Positions 46,197-56,366 of a stretch of DNA of 64,000 bases are shown piece by piece (the first letter of the stretch is position 1; every line of letters begins with the position of its first letter). The stretch spans positions 5,074-69,073 of the forward strand of contig CAJWWP010000004.1 in the NCBI GenBank assembly GCA_913048525.1, read 5' to 3'. A program made the translations under genes and the position numbers. This DNA is from an uncultured Chloroflexota bacterium (lineage in GTDB: Bacteria; Chloroflexota; Dehalococcoidia; Lucifugimonadales; UBA826). Under the pieces are notes generated by a model. That model saw nothing but the letters and a program-made list of their open reading frames with translations, had not been told where the DNA came from and ran no database searches.

Positions 46197-46323
46197 AGCT
46201 AGTGAGCACGATGCTCAATGTGATTCTATCATTCAAATCTATGTTCTAAACCTTGATGAATGTTGTGATATGGATATAGAATCCATCGGATATCCACGAT
46301 ATTTATTATGCAAGGAGATATTC

Positions 46324-47517
46324 ATGGCACTCGACTTCCGTTCACTTCTCGCTGAACACATTCCTGCTGGAGGAAGAGGAGCCCGTCCCCGAAGAGGTAA
46401 GTACGACTTTGCAGTCGCATACCCGGACCCTGCCTCTTTGCCCCATGACAAAATAATGGAATGCCTTAGCGAGGCTCTGTCAGAAACAGGGGATGACTTA
46501 GCTGTTTATCCCCATCCTCAAGGCAACACTCCTCTGAGAGAATATGTGGCTGAGAAAATTAAGCGTGAAAGAGATATAAACGTAACTGCGGATGACATCA
46601 TCCTTGGAAATGGATCCGGTCAGCCCATAGACATGATATCAGCCATTTTAGTCAACCCGGGGGACGTAGTTATAACCGATGAATGGGTATATGGGGGTAC
46701 TCTCAACACTTTGAGAAGACACTCTGCGGATATTCGTGGTGTATCTGCTGATGAAGAAGGAATGGACCCAGACGCTCTGAATTTTGAGATTTCAAAGGCC
46801 ATACAAGAAGGTAAGAGACCAAAATATGTGTACCTTATCGCTACTTTTCAAAACCCACAGGGATTCACGATTACCAGAAGGCGTAGAGAGCAGTTATTGG
46901 AAGTGACTCATAGGCATGGAGTACCTATTCTTGAGGACGATTGTTACGCTGATAATCGATATGGTGGGGATCAAGTCACGTCGATGTATAACCTAGACGA
47001 TCAGAATAGCGTGATGTATGTAGGATCATTCTCAAAAATTATTGCTCCCGGGATGAGCTTAGGATATATGACAGGGCCTGGTGACGTTTTGGATCGTGCA
47101 ATGACTGTTAAAAGTGGGAGGATAAGTGAATTTACCGCTATGGCAGTTGAAAAATATGCACGAAGATATCTAGACGCCCATGTCGAGGAGATCAACAATA
47201 TACAGCGTGTTAAGCGTGATGCGATGCTGGCCTCACTCGGCGAAAATTTCGGAACTGGGGCTGAATGGAGCGATCCAGATGGAGGACTGTATATATGGAT
47301 GAAACTGAATGATGATGCGGATATGGTTTCACTAAGTTCAAAAGCTCTAGAAGAAATAGACGTCGGTTTTCATCCAGGTACCAACTATTCTCCGGATGGT
47401 TCTAGCGGAAGGAATTACATAAGATTATGCTATGGCTATAATCAACCAGAGGAAATAGAGGAAGGGATAGGGAAGCTAGGCGCTTTTCTTGCCAAAGAGG
47501 GAGCCTTGAAATCCTAA
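46324..47517 (+). CDS. PLP-dependent aminotransferase (class I/II fold)
   Basis: NPQG and the PLP-lysine motif GSFSKIIAPGMSLGY. I use ATG 46324 (AAGGAG 7 nt upstream). The ORF-track start at 46027 lies antisense inside uvrA. Confidence 0.85.
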   Translation: MALDFRSLLAEHIPAGGRGARPRRGKYDFAVAYPDPASLPHDKIMECLSEALSETGDDLAVYPHPQGNTPLREYVAEKIKRERDINVTADDIILGNGSGQPIDMISAILVNPGDVVITDEWVYGGTLNTLRRHSADIRGVSADEEGMDPDALNFEISKAIQEGKRPKYVYLIATFQNPQGFTITRRRREQLLEVTHRHGVPILEDDCYADNRYGGDQVTSMYNLDDQNSVMYVGSFSKIIAPGMSLGYMTGPGDVLDRAMTVKSGRISEFTAMAVEKYARRYLDAHVEEINNIQRVKRDAMLASLGENFGTGAEWSDPDGGLYIWMKLNDDADMVSLSSKALEEIDVGFHPGTNYSPDGSSGRNYIRLCYGYNQPEEIEEGIGKLGAFLAKEGALKS

Positions 47518-47525
47518 GAGACTTC

Positions 47526-48176
47526 TTAATGCCTACTGAATCTGAGTTTCACTTCTAATCCTGTTTGAGCCGAAAGGTTGGTATTAGCTCTTTCCAGATG
47601 GTTTTTACATGTGGTTAGGCGTTCGCGGCATGAAGTGTTCCCTAGGATGTCTTGCTTCTTGGCCAAATCTATCTGAAGTAGTTGGGCGAGGAAGTAGGAT
47701 AGTTCAACTGGGTTCGATGGGGTTCGAGCATGGGCTACCCAGCCTCCCCTTATACTCAAAAGATGTTTAACGTGTGCAGATGCTGCCTCTTTGATTAATG
47801 ACATTTCACTTTCAGGAATGTATGGGTTTTCATCTGGTTCTCCCACCTCAACCGCTGCAATTAGGTATGGGGTATCCTGCTCAATCTCTGTTATTTGGAA
47901 ACGCTCTGTACCTAGCGCACTAATGTATATTCGCCCACCCGAAACCTCTCTCAAATTTGTTATTTTTGCAACAGTCCCAACTCTGTGTGGAATTGATGGC
48001 TCCCCTACCTCTTCACCCTCCTTGATCAAGACCACTCCGAACATGGAGTCAGCTTCCCGACAGTCATTGATCATTTGCTTATATCGATCTTCAAATATAT
48101 TCAGAGGTATAGTTGATCCTGGGAAGAGTACTGTGTGAAGAGGGAACAGAGGTAGCTTTCTTATTTCTATTGTCAT
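47526..48176 (-). CDS. LON substrate-binding (LON N-terminal) domain protein
   Basis: LPLFPLHTVLFPGSTIPLNIFEDRYKQMI is the characteristic start of the Lon N domain. There is no AAA or protease domain. Confidence 0.8.
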   Translation of the reverse strand: MTIEIRKLPLFPLHTVLFPGSTIPLNIFEDRYKQMINDCREADSMFGVVLIKEGEEVGEPSIPHRVGTVAKITNLREVSGGRIYISALGTERFQITEIEQDTPYLIAAVEVGEPDENPYIPESEMSLIKEAASAHVKHLLSIRGGWVAHARTPSNPVELSYFLAQLLQIDLAKKQDILGNTSCRERLTTCKNHLERANTNLSAQTGLEVKLRFSRH

Positions 48177-48359
48177 TGTCGACTAAGCCCTCTGTCAGTG
48201 AATGTAATTAATAGGTTCAATCTAGGTCACTAACGTCCAAAATATGAAATCCAAGTTTGACAGTAATTTATCACTTGATACCCTAGATATGAAGGATGAG
48301 TATCTAAAGCATATCTGAACGAAGTGTCATGCAGCCTAGGTCAGTTGGGAGTTAACCTT

Positions 48360-49514
48360 ATGAAAGAGGTATTTGAAGACGCTGTAGAAAAGCTTGGTAA
48401 AGGTGAACCTGTAGTAGTTGCTACTGTTATTAGAACGAAAGGATCCACACCTCAGAAGCCCGGAGCCAAGCTTTTGGTAAGACAGGATGGATCTGGTATA
48501 GGTACACTGGGCGGTGGGTGTGTGGAAGGAGACATATGGTTTGCAGCCAAGCAACTTATGCAGAGGGGTGGGGCAGCGGAATATAAAGAATACGAACTTA
48601 ATGAGGAACTTGCCGCAGAGGATGGTCTCGTCTGTGGGGGAACTATGTATTTTCTAATTGATCCCGTTTACAGCCCCGAGGATTATCTTCCCTATGCTGA
48701 GGAGATCTCAGGCGCTTATCAGGGCGAAGGATCTGTTGCTTTAGCCACGGTTATTAAATCGGGTGATGATGGGATTTCAGTGATAGGTGACAAATTGTTC
48801 ATTCGCGAAAACGGAGAGATTGAGGGATCTCTGGGAAGCGAGGATATAGATGTAGCGGCTATTGACAAAGCTTTCGAACTTATGGTGCATGGGCGTAATG
48901 AATACGTAATTACAGCTACCGGGGCCGAATACTTTATTGAGGCTTATACGACTCCACCACAACTTGTGATTTGCGGCGGCGGGCATGTGTCCAGAGCTTT
49001 AGCTTCGTTGGCCAAACCTTTGGAATTTCGATTGTTTATAACGGATGACAGAGAAGAATTTGCCAACCAAAATAGATTTCCTGAAGCGGACATTGTTGTG
49101 AATGAAAAACCCGAGGATGCGTTGCCTAGCCTCCCCATTAATCCCAACACATTTATTGTCGTAGCGACCAGAGGCCACAGATATGACAACACGGCTCTCC
49201 TTGCTGCAGCTAAGACTTCTGCTAAGTATGTCGGTTTAATGGGTAGCAAGAGAAAAACAATTCTAATTTATGAAGATTTGATGAGGGGTGAATTGAGTCT
49301 AGAAAGAATTAGGGAAATTCGTTCACCGATTGGTCTTGATATCAGGGCGAGAACACCTGAAGAGATAGCCATCAGCATAATGTCGGAAATACTGATGTTC
49401 CGACTTGGTGGTAGCGGCTCACCAATGAAATTAGATGACTCTCAACTTGAAAGAATTGAAAAAAAGGTGGCAGAAACACCTAATCAGCCTTCTGGGCAGC
49501 CAATAAACCTTTAG
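48360..49514 (+). CDS. XdhC/CoxI-family molybdenum-cofactor insertion chaperone
   Basis: VVATVIRTKGSTPQKPGAKLLV..GGCVEGD N-terminal domain and a Rossmann-like LVICGGGHVSRALA C-terminal domain. Confidence 0.85.
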   Translation: MKEVFEDAVEKLGKGEPVVVATVIRTKGSTPQKPGAKLLVRQDGSGIGTLGGGCVEGDIWFAAKQLMQRGGAAEYKEYELNEELAAEDGLVCGGTMYFLIDPVYSPEDYLPYAEEISGAYQGEGSVALATVIKSGDDGISVIGDKLFIRENGEIEGSLGSEDIDVAAIDKAFELMVHGRNEYVITATGAEYFIEAYTTPPQLVICGGGHVSRALASLAKPLEFRLFITDDREEFANQNRFPEADIVVNEKPEDALPSLPINPNTFIVVATRGHRYDNTALLAAAKTSAKYVGLMGSKRKTILIYEDLMRGELSLERIREIRSPIGLDIRARTPEEIAISIMSEILMFRLGGSGSPMKLDDSQLERIEKKVAETPNQPSGQPINL

Positions 49515-49520
49515 TCAAAA

Positions 49521-50117
49521 GTGTTTCATGCTACAGCTATATTAACCGCTGCTGGATACTCAAGTAGAATGGGTCGCTCAAAGCCCCTTTTACCTTGGAA
49601 CGGAACTACCCTAATCAAACATCAAGTCCGTTCACTCCGTCAGGGTGGCTGCAGCGAGGTTGTGGTTGTTCTTGGTCATCAGTCGGATGAGCTTAGTGGT
49701 GAGCTTGGTGGGATGGATGTCATTCTGGCAGAAAATACTGACTACGAGACGGGGCGGATTTCCTCCATTAAGTGTGGGGTCAAGACAGCGTCATCAGAGG
49801 CTGATTGTTATGTTTTGCTGGGTGTGGATCAACCCAGACATTTTTCTATAGTAGACACTTTAATAAAAAGTCACGTGAGAGCAAAATCACTTATAACGTC
49901 TCCAAGATTTGAGGAAAAAGGCGGACACCCAGTCATTTTTTCTTCCAAATTAAGGAAAGACATTCTTGCTCTTGAAGAGGGGGATGGAGGCTTGCGCAAG
50001 GTGTTTAATGAATACAGAGATGTGGTGAATGAAGTTAAATTCTCTGGCCCAGAAATACATCTTGACCTTAATACATTGGAAGAATACCAAACAGCTTTAT
50101 CTCAATATTCCAGATAA
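49521..50117 (+). CDS. MobA/MocA-like molybdenum cofactor nucleotidyltransferase
   Basis: ILTAAGYSSRMGRSKPLLPW.. and ..LLGVDQP match the NTP-transferase-3 pattern. Confidence 0.78.
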   Translation: MFHATAILTAAGYSSRMGRSKPLLPWNGTTLIKHQVRSLRQGGCSEVVVVLGHQSDELSGELGGMDVILAENTDYETGRISSIKCGVKTASSEADCYVLLGVDQPRHFSIVDTLIKSHVRAKSLITSPRFEEKGGHPVIFSSKLRKDILALEEGDGGLRKVFNEYRDVVNEVKFSGPEIHLDLNTLEEYQTALSQYSR

Positions 50118-50127
50118 GTTACTTCGC

Positions 50128-52035
50128 TTAATTTACCCACTGATCTAAGGCATTCTGTAATTCCTCGTTAAGTGCGCTGTGTTCAATTCCGAGATCTCTA
50201 ATTCGTTCTAGGTCAGCGTCTCCAGTGGATGCAGACAGCTCTATCTCAATTTCTTGAACCCTCTTTTCAAGCTTGTCTATTATCTCTTCTCTGTTAGGTT
50301 TCGTATTGTGCTTGTTTGATTTGATCCTATTTTTGGGTCGTTGTTTCTTTTGTTTTTTACCTTTACCAGGGATTTGTATTTTCTGGTCTTGCAATTTGGA
50401 TTCGGAGGGAGGGGGAGTGGAGATTTTCTGACTGTTGTTTTCCTGCCATTCTTTATATGTTCCGTCGAATGTATCAACTTTCCCGTCGTGGATAATCCAT
50501 AAATTGTTAGCTAGCAGGGAAATTAGATGTCTATCGTGGGTTACAAATAAAATAGTACCTCTAAAATCAGTGAGCATTTCCTCTAAAGCTTCTCTACTCT
50601 GAATATCCAAGTGTGTAGTAGGTTCGTCTAAAATCAGGACGTTTGGTTCTAGGATCAGTAACCGTGCCAGAGCGAGTCTGCCTCTCTCTCCCCCACTGAG
50701 AGAGGAAACTTTCTCGAATATTTCTTCACCTCTAAAAAGAAAACGTGCCAAAAACCCGCGGGCCTCTCCTATTGGGAGGTTTTTTATTTGGAGCAAAGCT
50801 TCCATAACTGTTAGATTTGGAGGGATTTCGTCAGAGCCTTGCCGAAAGTACCCTGTTTTCACATTATGGCCTAGAGATGACTTTCCTTCGAGAGCAGGTA
50901 TGTCGCTGAGTAATGTTTTTAGAAGAGTTGTCTTTCCTATTCCGTTATTACCTATAATTGCGGTCGTTGTTCCCCTATGGATCACCGTATCAGGCACTTC
51001 GAATAAGGTTATTTTTCCTCCTTCACTGTCGGTAAAACCTACTTCGAGGTCTGTTGTTCTGAGGACAATTTCACCCGTTCTAGTCGCTTCGGATGATCGG
51101 ATGGCTACAGTTTCTTCTACGGCCGGAGCATCAATCATATTAATCTTATCTAGCCTTTTCGCTCTACCTCTGGCCTGTTGATGGCGTTGGCCTGCGTGAT
51201 AGCGCGCTATGAAATATTCCTCCCTGCGTATATGCTCCTGTTGCTTTCGATATTCTTTTGAAAGTCGTTCATTTTCCTCAGCTTTCAAAATTTTATATTT
51301 TGAGTAATTACCTGGAAAAGTCTTCATTCTAGCCCTGTCGATTTCCCATATTTCAGTTACTACGCGGTCTAAAAAATACCTGTCATGGGAGACCACAATG
51401 AAAGCATTACGGAATGTTGAAAGAAACCCTTCAAGCCACTCTAGACCATTGAAGTCCAGATAGTTTGTTGGCTCGTCTAGAACCAATATATCTGGATCTC
51501 CAAGTAAGGCTGTTGCCAAAGCTGCTCGAGTTCGCTCTCCGCCACTTGCATCTATGGTGAGTGTGTCCAGTATTTCTTCAGATAAGCCAACACCAGCTAC
51601 CACACGTTCTATTGCGTTGTGATAATCGTATCCGCCCTCTGACTCATATCTGTCAACGAGGGAAGAGTATCTTCTTTCTGCTCTTTTGCGCTCAGATCCT
51701 TGGGTCTGTTGAATTTCCAGAGCACTTTCAACCATTTGCTTTTCTAGGTCTATTAAATGACGAAAAGTTTCTGTTATTTGTTCTCGTAACGTACCTGAAC
51801 CTGATTGCATCGCGGTCTGAGGTACGTAACCGATTCGAAGTTGTTCAGGACGAAATATTGTCCCGGTATCATAGTCTTGTTCGCCTAGGAGAACTCTCAG
51901 TAAAGATGTCTTGCCACTACCATTGGGTCCAACGATCCCTATTCGAGCCTTCTCATTTACTTGCAGAGTTATATGGCTGAAAATTTCCATTTCAGCGTAG
52001 TGCAGCCCAAGTTGTGAAGCGCCTATTACAGCCAT
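50128..52035 (-). CDS. ABC-F family ATPase (no TM domain)
   Basis: Two NBDs (GPNGSGKTSLLR / GNNGIGKTTLLK; LSGGERTR / LSGGERGR), an inter-domain linker, and a Lys-rich C-terminal tail with a coiled coil. Confidence 0.92.
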   Translation of the reverse strand: MAVIGASQLGLHYAEMEIFSHITLQVNEKARIGIVGPNGSGKTSLLRVLLGEQDYDTGTIFRPEQLRIGYVPQTAMQSGSGTLREQITETFRHLIDLEKQMVESALEIQQTQGSERKRAERRYSSLVDRYESEGGYDYHNAIERVVAGVGLSEEILDTLTIDASGGERTRAALATALLGDPDILVLDEPTNYLDFNGLEWLEGFLSTFRNAFIVVSHDRYFLDRVVTEIWEIDRARMKTFPGNYSKYKILKAEENERLSKEYRKQQEHIRREEYFIARYHAGQRHQQARGRAKRLDKINMIDAPAVEETVAIRSSEATRTGEIVLRTTDLEVGFTDSEGGKITLFEVPDTVIHRGTTTAIIGNNGIGKTTLLKTLLSDIPALEGKSSLGHNVKTGYFRQGSDEIPPNLTVMEALLQIKNLPIGEARGFLARFLFRGEEIFEKVSSLSGGERGRLALARLLILEPNVLILDEPTTHLDIQSREALEEMLTDFRGTILFVTHDRHLISLLANNLWIIHDGKVDTFDGTYKEWQENNSQKISTPPPSESKLQDQKIQIPGKGKKQKKQRPKNRIKSNKHNTKPNREEIIDKLEKRVQEIEIELSASTGDADLERIRDLGIEHSALNEELQNALDQWVN

Positions 52036-52163
52036 TTTGTTAGTACTATATTATTCCAGTGGGGTTCAATAAATTTTACCAAAGCTTTTATGCCAGTACG
52101 TTTTTATTAAAATGATCAAGCATTTAATAACAACGATGCTGTTACTTTTTGGAGGTTTTTAAT

Positions 52164-52361
52164 TTGCTCGGGTTTCTACTTAATTTTCCTCTGCATCACT
52201 CTGAAGCGGCTGATCCTGATCTCATGGTTTGGATAATTGACAAAGTGACCCATTTATTTGGGGGAGATTTGGCAACAATCTCAATAGCTTTATTAATACT
52301 AATTGTTTTAATTCCCTTAGTAATAGTTATTTCGAGGAGGCTATTCAATACCTTTGATTAG
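52164..52361 (+). CDS. Hypothetical small membrane protein (weak call)
   Basis: TTG with GGAGG 8 nt upstream. One clear TM helix (ISIALLILIVLIPLVIVI). The stop overlaps the convergent gene by 4 nt. Confidence 0.3.
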   Translation: MLGFLLNFPLHHSEAADPDLMVWIIDKVTHLFGGDLATISIALLILIVLIPLVIVISRRLFNTFD

Positions 52362-52942
52362 AATGGTGCGTCCCACAAGGCAAACCAGTTTTCTGGCGTT
52401 TCTACCGGTAACCCACTCGATCTAAATAATTGTCCCAGCGTTATTTCTTTTTCATGATTCCTTCCTCGAGATGCTGGAGCCATGCTGTCATCTTCGTTTG
52501 ATTCAGTCTTTTTTTCGGGAATAAAAGGATAAAACCTGGCTGTTCTGTAGTTACATATCCAGTACGATTCCTCTTTTTCGAAGGTACCTTTAAATATTGC
52601 CGCGATTATGCGGTCTCCTGTTTCCTGTACCCAAATTGCTGCACTAATATCATCTATTGCCGTGACCAAATCACGAAACGGCGCCTTTTCTAAAATAATC
52701 CATTTTGTGCCATGATCATCTGACCCTAACTTGAATTGTGGAGGATTCTTAATTTGGTCCATCAAACGGATCACAGTGTTACGAAAATCCCTGAAAAATT
52801 CTCGGTCGTCAGGACTTAATAGTATGGCTGCTTTTGTGTGTGGAGTTACGGCTTCAAGTTCGGCAAATAAAGAGATTTTCTTAAGTATTTCAGAAGCTGT
52901 AAGCTTGGGGGTTCTGGAGAACAAGGATCGCAAAAAAAACAT
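52358..52942 (-). CDS. Hypothetical protein downstream of htpX
   Basis: 194 aa with coding-like composition, 26 nt downstream of htpX on the same strand. I recognise no motif. Confidence 0.55.
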   Translation of the reverse strand: MFFLRSLFSRTPKLTASEILKKISLFAELEAVTPHTKAAILLSPDDREFFRDFRNTVIRLMDQIKNPPQFKLGSDDHGTKWIILEKAPFRDLVTAIDDISAAIWVQETGDRIIAAIFKGTFEKEESYWICNYRTARFYPFIPEKKTESNEDDSMAPASRGRNHEKEITLGQLFRSSGLPVETPENWFALWDAPF

Positions 52943-52968
52943 AAACTTTTACTCAATATGCCTTCAGT

Positions 52969-53904
52969 TTATCTTGAAAGTATGTGCCAGTTATTTCGCT
53001 GGATTTCCATAAGACGTTCTACTCGGCTTTCGGTTGACGGATGGCTGGACATCATTGAAGCTATCGACATACCTTGCAATGCTGGCACTATAAAAAACGC
53101 GTTAGCATGTTCAACTTTTCGCAGGTCTTTTTCAGGGATTATGGCTATTTGGCCACTGATTTTTTGGAGTGCTGAGGCAAGTGCTTGCGGTGTTCCAGTG
53201 ATTATTGCTCCGTCTCTGTCAGCAGCGTACTCGCGGTATCGTGACAATGCCATTGTTAGCATTTGACTCACAAAATATACGATTATTATCCCTATATATG
53301 CCATCATTATCATAGCCCAAATTTGGCCCCCACCTTCTCTTCTATGCCCTCCACCAAATCCTCCAAACAGACTCATCCAGAACATCATTTGCATGAGGTA
53401 CCCAGATACAACGACAATCAGGCTGGCCCATGTCATTACTGCAACATCCCTATTTTTGACGTGTGCTAATTCATGTCCAAGAACTGCCTCCAATTCTTCT
53501 TCATTTAATCTATTTAGCAGTCCTCTGGTTACGGCTACCGTAGCTTGCTTTGGACTTCGGCCTGTTGCAAATGCATTTGGTACCTCAACCTCCATAATAG
53601 CTATGTTCTTTGGTTTTGGTATTCTTGCCTCCACCGACAAGCGCCCTATTATTTCGTGAAGTTTGGGTTCTTCGGTATTGGTTACAATCTTTGCTCCAGT
53701 AGTTTTGAGAACCAATTTGTCTGAGAAAAAGTACTGAAAAAACACCATCCCGATGCCCATAATAATCACAAGTTCAAAGGGCAACCCTGTGAAAAGTAAA
53801 ATACCAAACAATGCGACGTAGGTGAGCGCGAGGAGGAAACCAGTGAATATCATTCTAATAGTAAGTCCATAGTCCTTACCTATAGCTTTACCACGTTCAT
53901 TCAT
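52969..53904 (-). CDS. htpX: M48 zinc metalloprotease HtpX
   Basis: Four TM helices plus HELAHVKNRD (HExxH) and a later EYAADRDGA Glu ligand region. Confidence 0.9.
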   Translation of the reverse strand: MNERGKAIGKDYGLTIRMIFTGFLLALTYVALFGILLFTGLPFELVIIMGIGMVFFQYFFSDKLVLKTTGAKIVTNTEEPKLHEIIGRLSVEARIPKPKNIAIMEVEVPNAFATGRSPKQATVAVTRGLLNRLNEEELEAVLGHELAHVKNRDVAVMTWASLIVVVSGYLMQMMFWMSLFGGFGGGHRREGGGQIWAMIMMAYIGIIIVYFVSQMLTMALSRYREYAADRDGAIITGTPQALASALQKISGQIAIIPEKDLRKVEHANAFFIVPALQGMSIASMMSSHPSTESRVERLMEIQRNNWHILSR

Positions 53905-54065
53905 AAAACTTACTCACATTGAGAATTAAACAGGATCTTATGGGTTTTTGATCCAATTTATTATTCATTATAACTTGCTATAACGGGAAGTTTTGTATGG
54001 TAATTTCACCGCCTCTGTTAACATTTATTTAATTTCTCTATCCACACTCATACCAATGGGAAATA

Positions 54066-55112
54066 ATGAAGAATAGGAACTGGACCACCATAGGCCATGA
54101 GCAGATCCTCGAAATACTGGGCAAGGCTGTAGAACTGGATCGTATGTCTCACTCCTTTCTGATCACTGGGATTGAAAGTGTTGGGAAGATGACCGTCGCA
54201 CTTGATATTGCCAAAGCAGCAAATTGTGAAATCTCAAATACGGAACAGCGACCTTGTGGCGAGTGCTCTCAATGTCAACGAATTCAGTCCGGGTATCACA
54301 CTGACGTCTTTACATATGATTTAGAAATTAAAGATGGTACGAATGGGCAATTATCCACCACAATAACAATGGAGCAACTTAGAGAAGATTTTCTGAAACA
54401 GATACACAGAAAACCATTTGAAGGGAAAACCAGAGTATTTATTATCGCTTCCGCTGACCTCATGAGGTCAGAACAGTCAAACATATTGCTCAAAACTTTA
54501 GAAGAACCTCCAGACGACACGATAATAATTCTCCTTGCCACCGGGACGGAAAATTTACTTGAGACAATCGTTTCCAGATGCCAGCTTTTGCAATTAAAAC
54601 CGGCTAGTACTGAGAAAATAATGGAAGTTATATCCGATAGCGATTTTCATACTGAAATTGAAAAAAAGAAAATTGCGAGACTTGCCAGAGGTAGGATTGG
54701 TTGGGCTATTCGAGTTTCAGGCGACTCCACTGTTATGACGGATTTAGAAAAATATCTTGATTCGGTTGAATCTGCGGTTACAGGTTCCTTGGAAGATAGG
54801 TTTGAATTTTCTCGTGTCCTGGCAATGAGATTTCGTGAGGATACTAGAATCGGAATGTACGATATGGATTTAATGCTGACTTGGTGGAGAGATCTATTGA
54901 TGTTGAGTATTGATAGTGACATGGAAATAATTAATATTTCTAGGAGAACTACCATGGAGGACATATTGAAGTCCTTGACCACGGTGGAGATCGTAAAAGC
55001 AATATCTCAAGTAAGAATAGCGCTTGATAATATTCAAAAAAATCTGAATCCGCGACTCGTTTGTGACAACATGATGCTCAAGTTTCCGGTGACTACTATC
55101 TCATCAAGTTAG
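54066..55112 (+). CDS. holB: DNA polymerase III subunit delta'
   Basis: GHEQILEIL..SHSFLITGIESVGKMTVA, zinc module CGECSQCQRI, LKTLEEPP and SRCQ. Confidence 0.85.
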   Translation: MKNRNWTTIGHEQILEILGKAVELDRMSHSFLITGIESVGKMTVALDIAKAANCEISNTEQRPCGECSQCQRIQSGYHTDVFTYDLEIKDGTNGQLSTTITMEQLREDFLKQIHRKPFEGKTRVFIIASADLMRSEQSNILLKTLEEPPDDTIIILLATGTENLLETIVSRCQLLQLKPASTEKIMEVISDSDFHTEIEKKKIARLARGRIGWAIRVSGDSTVMTDLEKYLDSVESAVTGSLEDRFEFSRVLAMRFREDTRIGMYDMDLMLTWWRDLLMLSIDSDMEIINISRRTTMEDILKSLTTVEIVKAISQVRIALDNIQKNLNPRLVCDNMMLKFPVTTISSS

Positions 55113-55122
55113 TGATTGCTCA

Positions 55123-55656
55123 TTAATTTTCCCAAGGTATGAATTGGCGCCATTCATCCTCTAGTTTCCTATGGTAAAAAATGTAATAGGGATTGGGCCT
55201 GGGGGCTCTAGGGTTTGTTCGAAGCCTCATACTGGCTTCTTTGGGCGTTAAACCAGCTTTTTTATGGTTGCATCTGCTGCAGGCACTGACCACATTCTCC
55301 CATATATGTTTTCCACCCTTGCACCTAGGCTGAATGTGGTCAACCGTTAATTTTTTTGTTCCCTTACCACAATATTGGCACGTAAAGTTATCTCTGTAAA
55401 AAAGTGCTTGCCTAGATAGCTTTCTTTTGACCAATGGTTTTTTAACCATGTAAAACAGGCGAACAACTGAGGGAAGTGGAAATATGTCAGCTACGCTACG
55501 TACTTCTCCAGCCCCATTTATTATTGATTCTGCTTTTCCCCGCCCCATTAGAATTAATGCGCGACGAGCGCTGCAAATATTCAGCGGCTGGTAGTTTTGA
55601 TTTAATACCAACACTGGTGAATCAATTGTACCCATAGCTGAAGTCGCCATATTCAC
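55123..55656 (-). CDS. HNH endonuclease-domain protein
   Basis: CQYCGKGTKKLTVDHIQPRCKGGKHIWENVVSACSRCNHKK. Confidence 0.85.
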   Translation of the reverse strand: MNMATSAMGTIDSPVLVLNQNYQPLNICSARRALILMGRGKAESIINGAGEVRSVADIFPLPSVVRLFYMVKKPLVKRKLSRQALFYRDNFTCQYCGKGTKKLTVDHIQPRCKGGKHIWENVVSACSRCNHKKAGLTPKEASMRLRTNPRAPRPNPYYIFYHRKLEDEWRQFIPWEN

Positions 55657-55658
55657 TT

Positions 55659-56282
55659 CTACCGTCTTGAATCCATTATTTCCAGGGCTGCCATAAAGTC
55701 CCCAGGCAAAAACCCTAGTGCATTGCCTGGAAGTTTTTTGAATACTTTGACGTATGCCGATGCAATGGTGGAGCTAGTTAAACCTTCATCTGTGAGTTTT
55801 TTGGTGTTTTCTACACTTGCCACCACGGAACCGGTGTTAACAATGAATGATGTGGGGCCGGGGACTACACCTTGAATCGATTCATGTAAATCAAATTCAT
55901 AGGTGAACCTCGCCATAACTATGACTAGGACAGCACTTATAATTATTCCTGTTAACAGTCCAAGAATTAGACCTGCCAATCTATTAATTCCTAAAGTTGC
56001 GATATCGACAACCGTAGTGACAGGTTTGATCAATTTAACTGCTGAACGCGTAAGCACGATTGAGATGCTTATGACCAGTAAATAGGTCAACACGGTTATG
56101 CTTGAATCCATACTTCTAGAAAGTTTCAGAGAATCTCCAACTATCTCGGAAACTCTTCCCGCAATAAACCATCCAATCAGAATCCCGAGGAAAAATAATG
56201 AAGTCCCCAATAAGCCGTTGCGCATACCCCAAAAAACGGATATTGCGATACATATAATTATAATTACATCAAGCCAATTCAT
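55659..56282 (-). CDS. cvpA: CvpA-family membrane protein
   Basis: MNWLDVIIIICIAISVFWGMRNGLL is a typical CvpA N-terminus. Four TM helices. Confidence 0.78.
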   Translation of the reverse strand: MNWLDVIIIICIAISVFWGMRNGLLGTSLFFLGILIGWFIAGRVSEIVGDSLKLSRSMDSSITVLTYLLVISISIVLTRSAVKLIKPVTTVVDIATLGINRLAGLILGLLTGIIISAVLVIVMARFTYEFDLHESIQGVVPGPTSFIVNTGSVVASVENTKKLTDEGLTSSTIASAYVKVFKKLPGNALGFLPGDFMAALEIMDSRR

Positions 56283-56366
56283 AGTAGCCAGAGTCTAGCA
56301 CAGGTTCACTTCTGTCTAGTTATACTTCTTGTCTATATTTTCACCTTGTAAACAGGTTAAAGATGA

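Noticed and set aside
46027-46323. A 99-codon N-terminal extension of the aminotransferase ORF.
   Set aside because: It runs antisense through the 5' end of uvrA. A good AAGGAG RBS precedes the ATG at 46324, and the family normally starts near that Met.
49512-49523. XdhC and the MocA-like gene share a frame, separated only by TAG plus two sense codons (TCA AAA). This raised the possibility of read-through, a fusion or pyrrolysine.
   Set aside because: A GTG start follows immediately, both are normal stand-alone families, and nothing here hints at Pyl machinery. aroB and tauE are also in-frame neighbours, so this looks like coincidence.
55123-55656. The HNH endonuclease, alone or together with the SbcC-like ATPase, as a defence system (Septu/Gabija-like).
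   Set aside because: The two genes are 47 kb apart. The HNH gene sits in a conserved-looking housekeeping context (holB, cvpA), and the ATPase has a full Rad50-type coiled coil and zinc hook.
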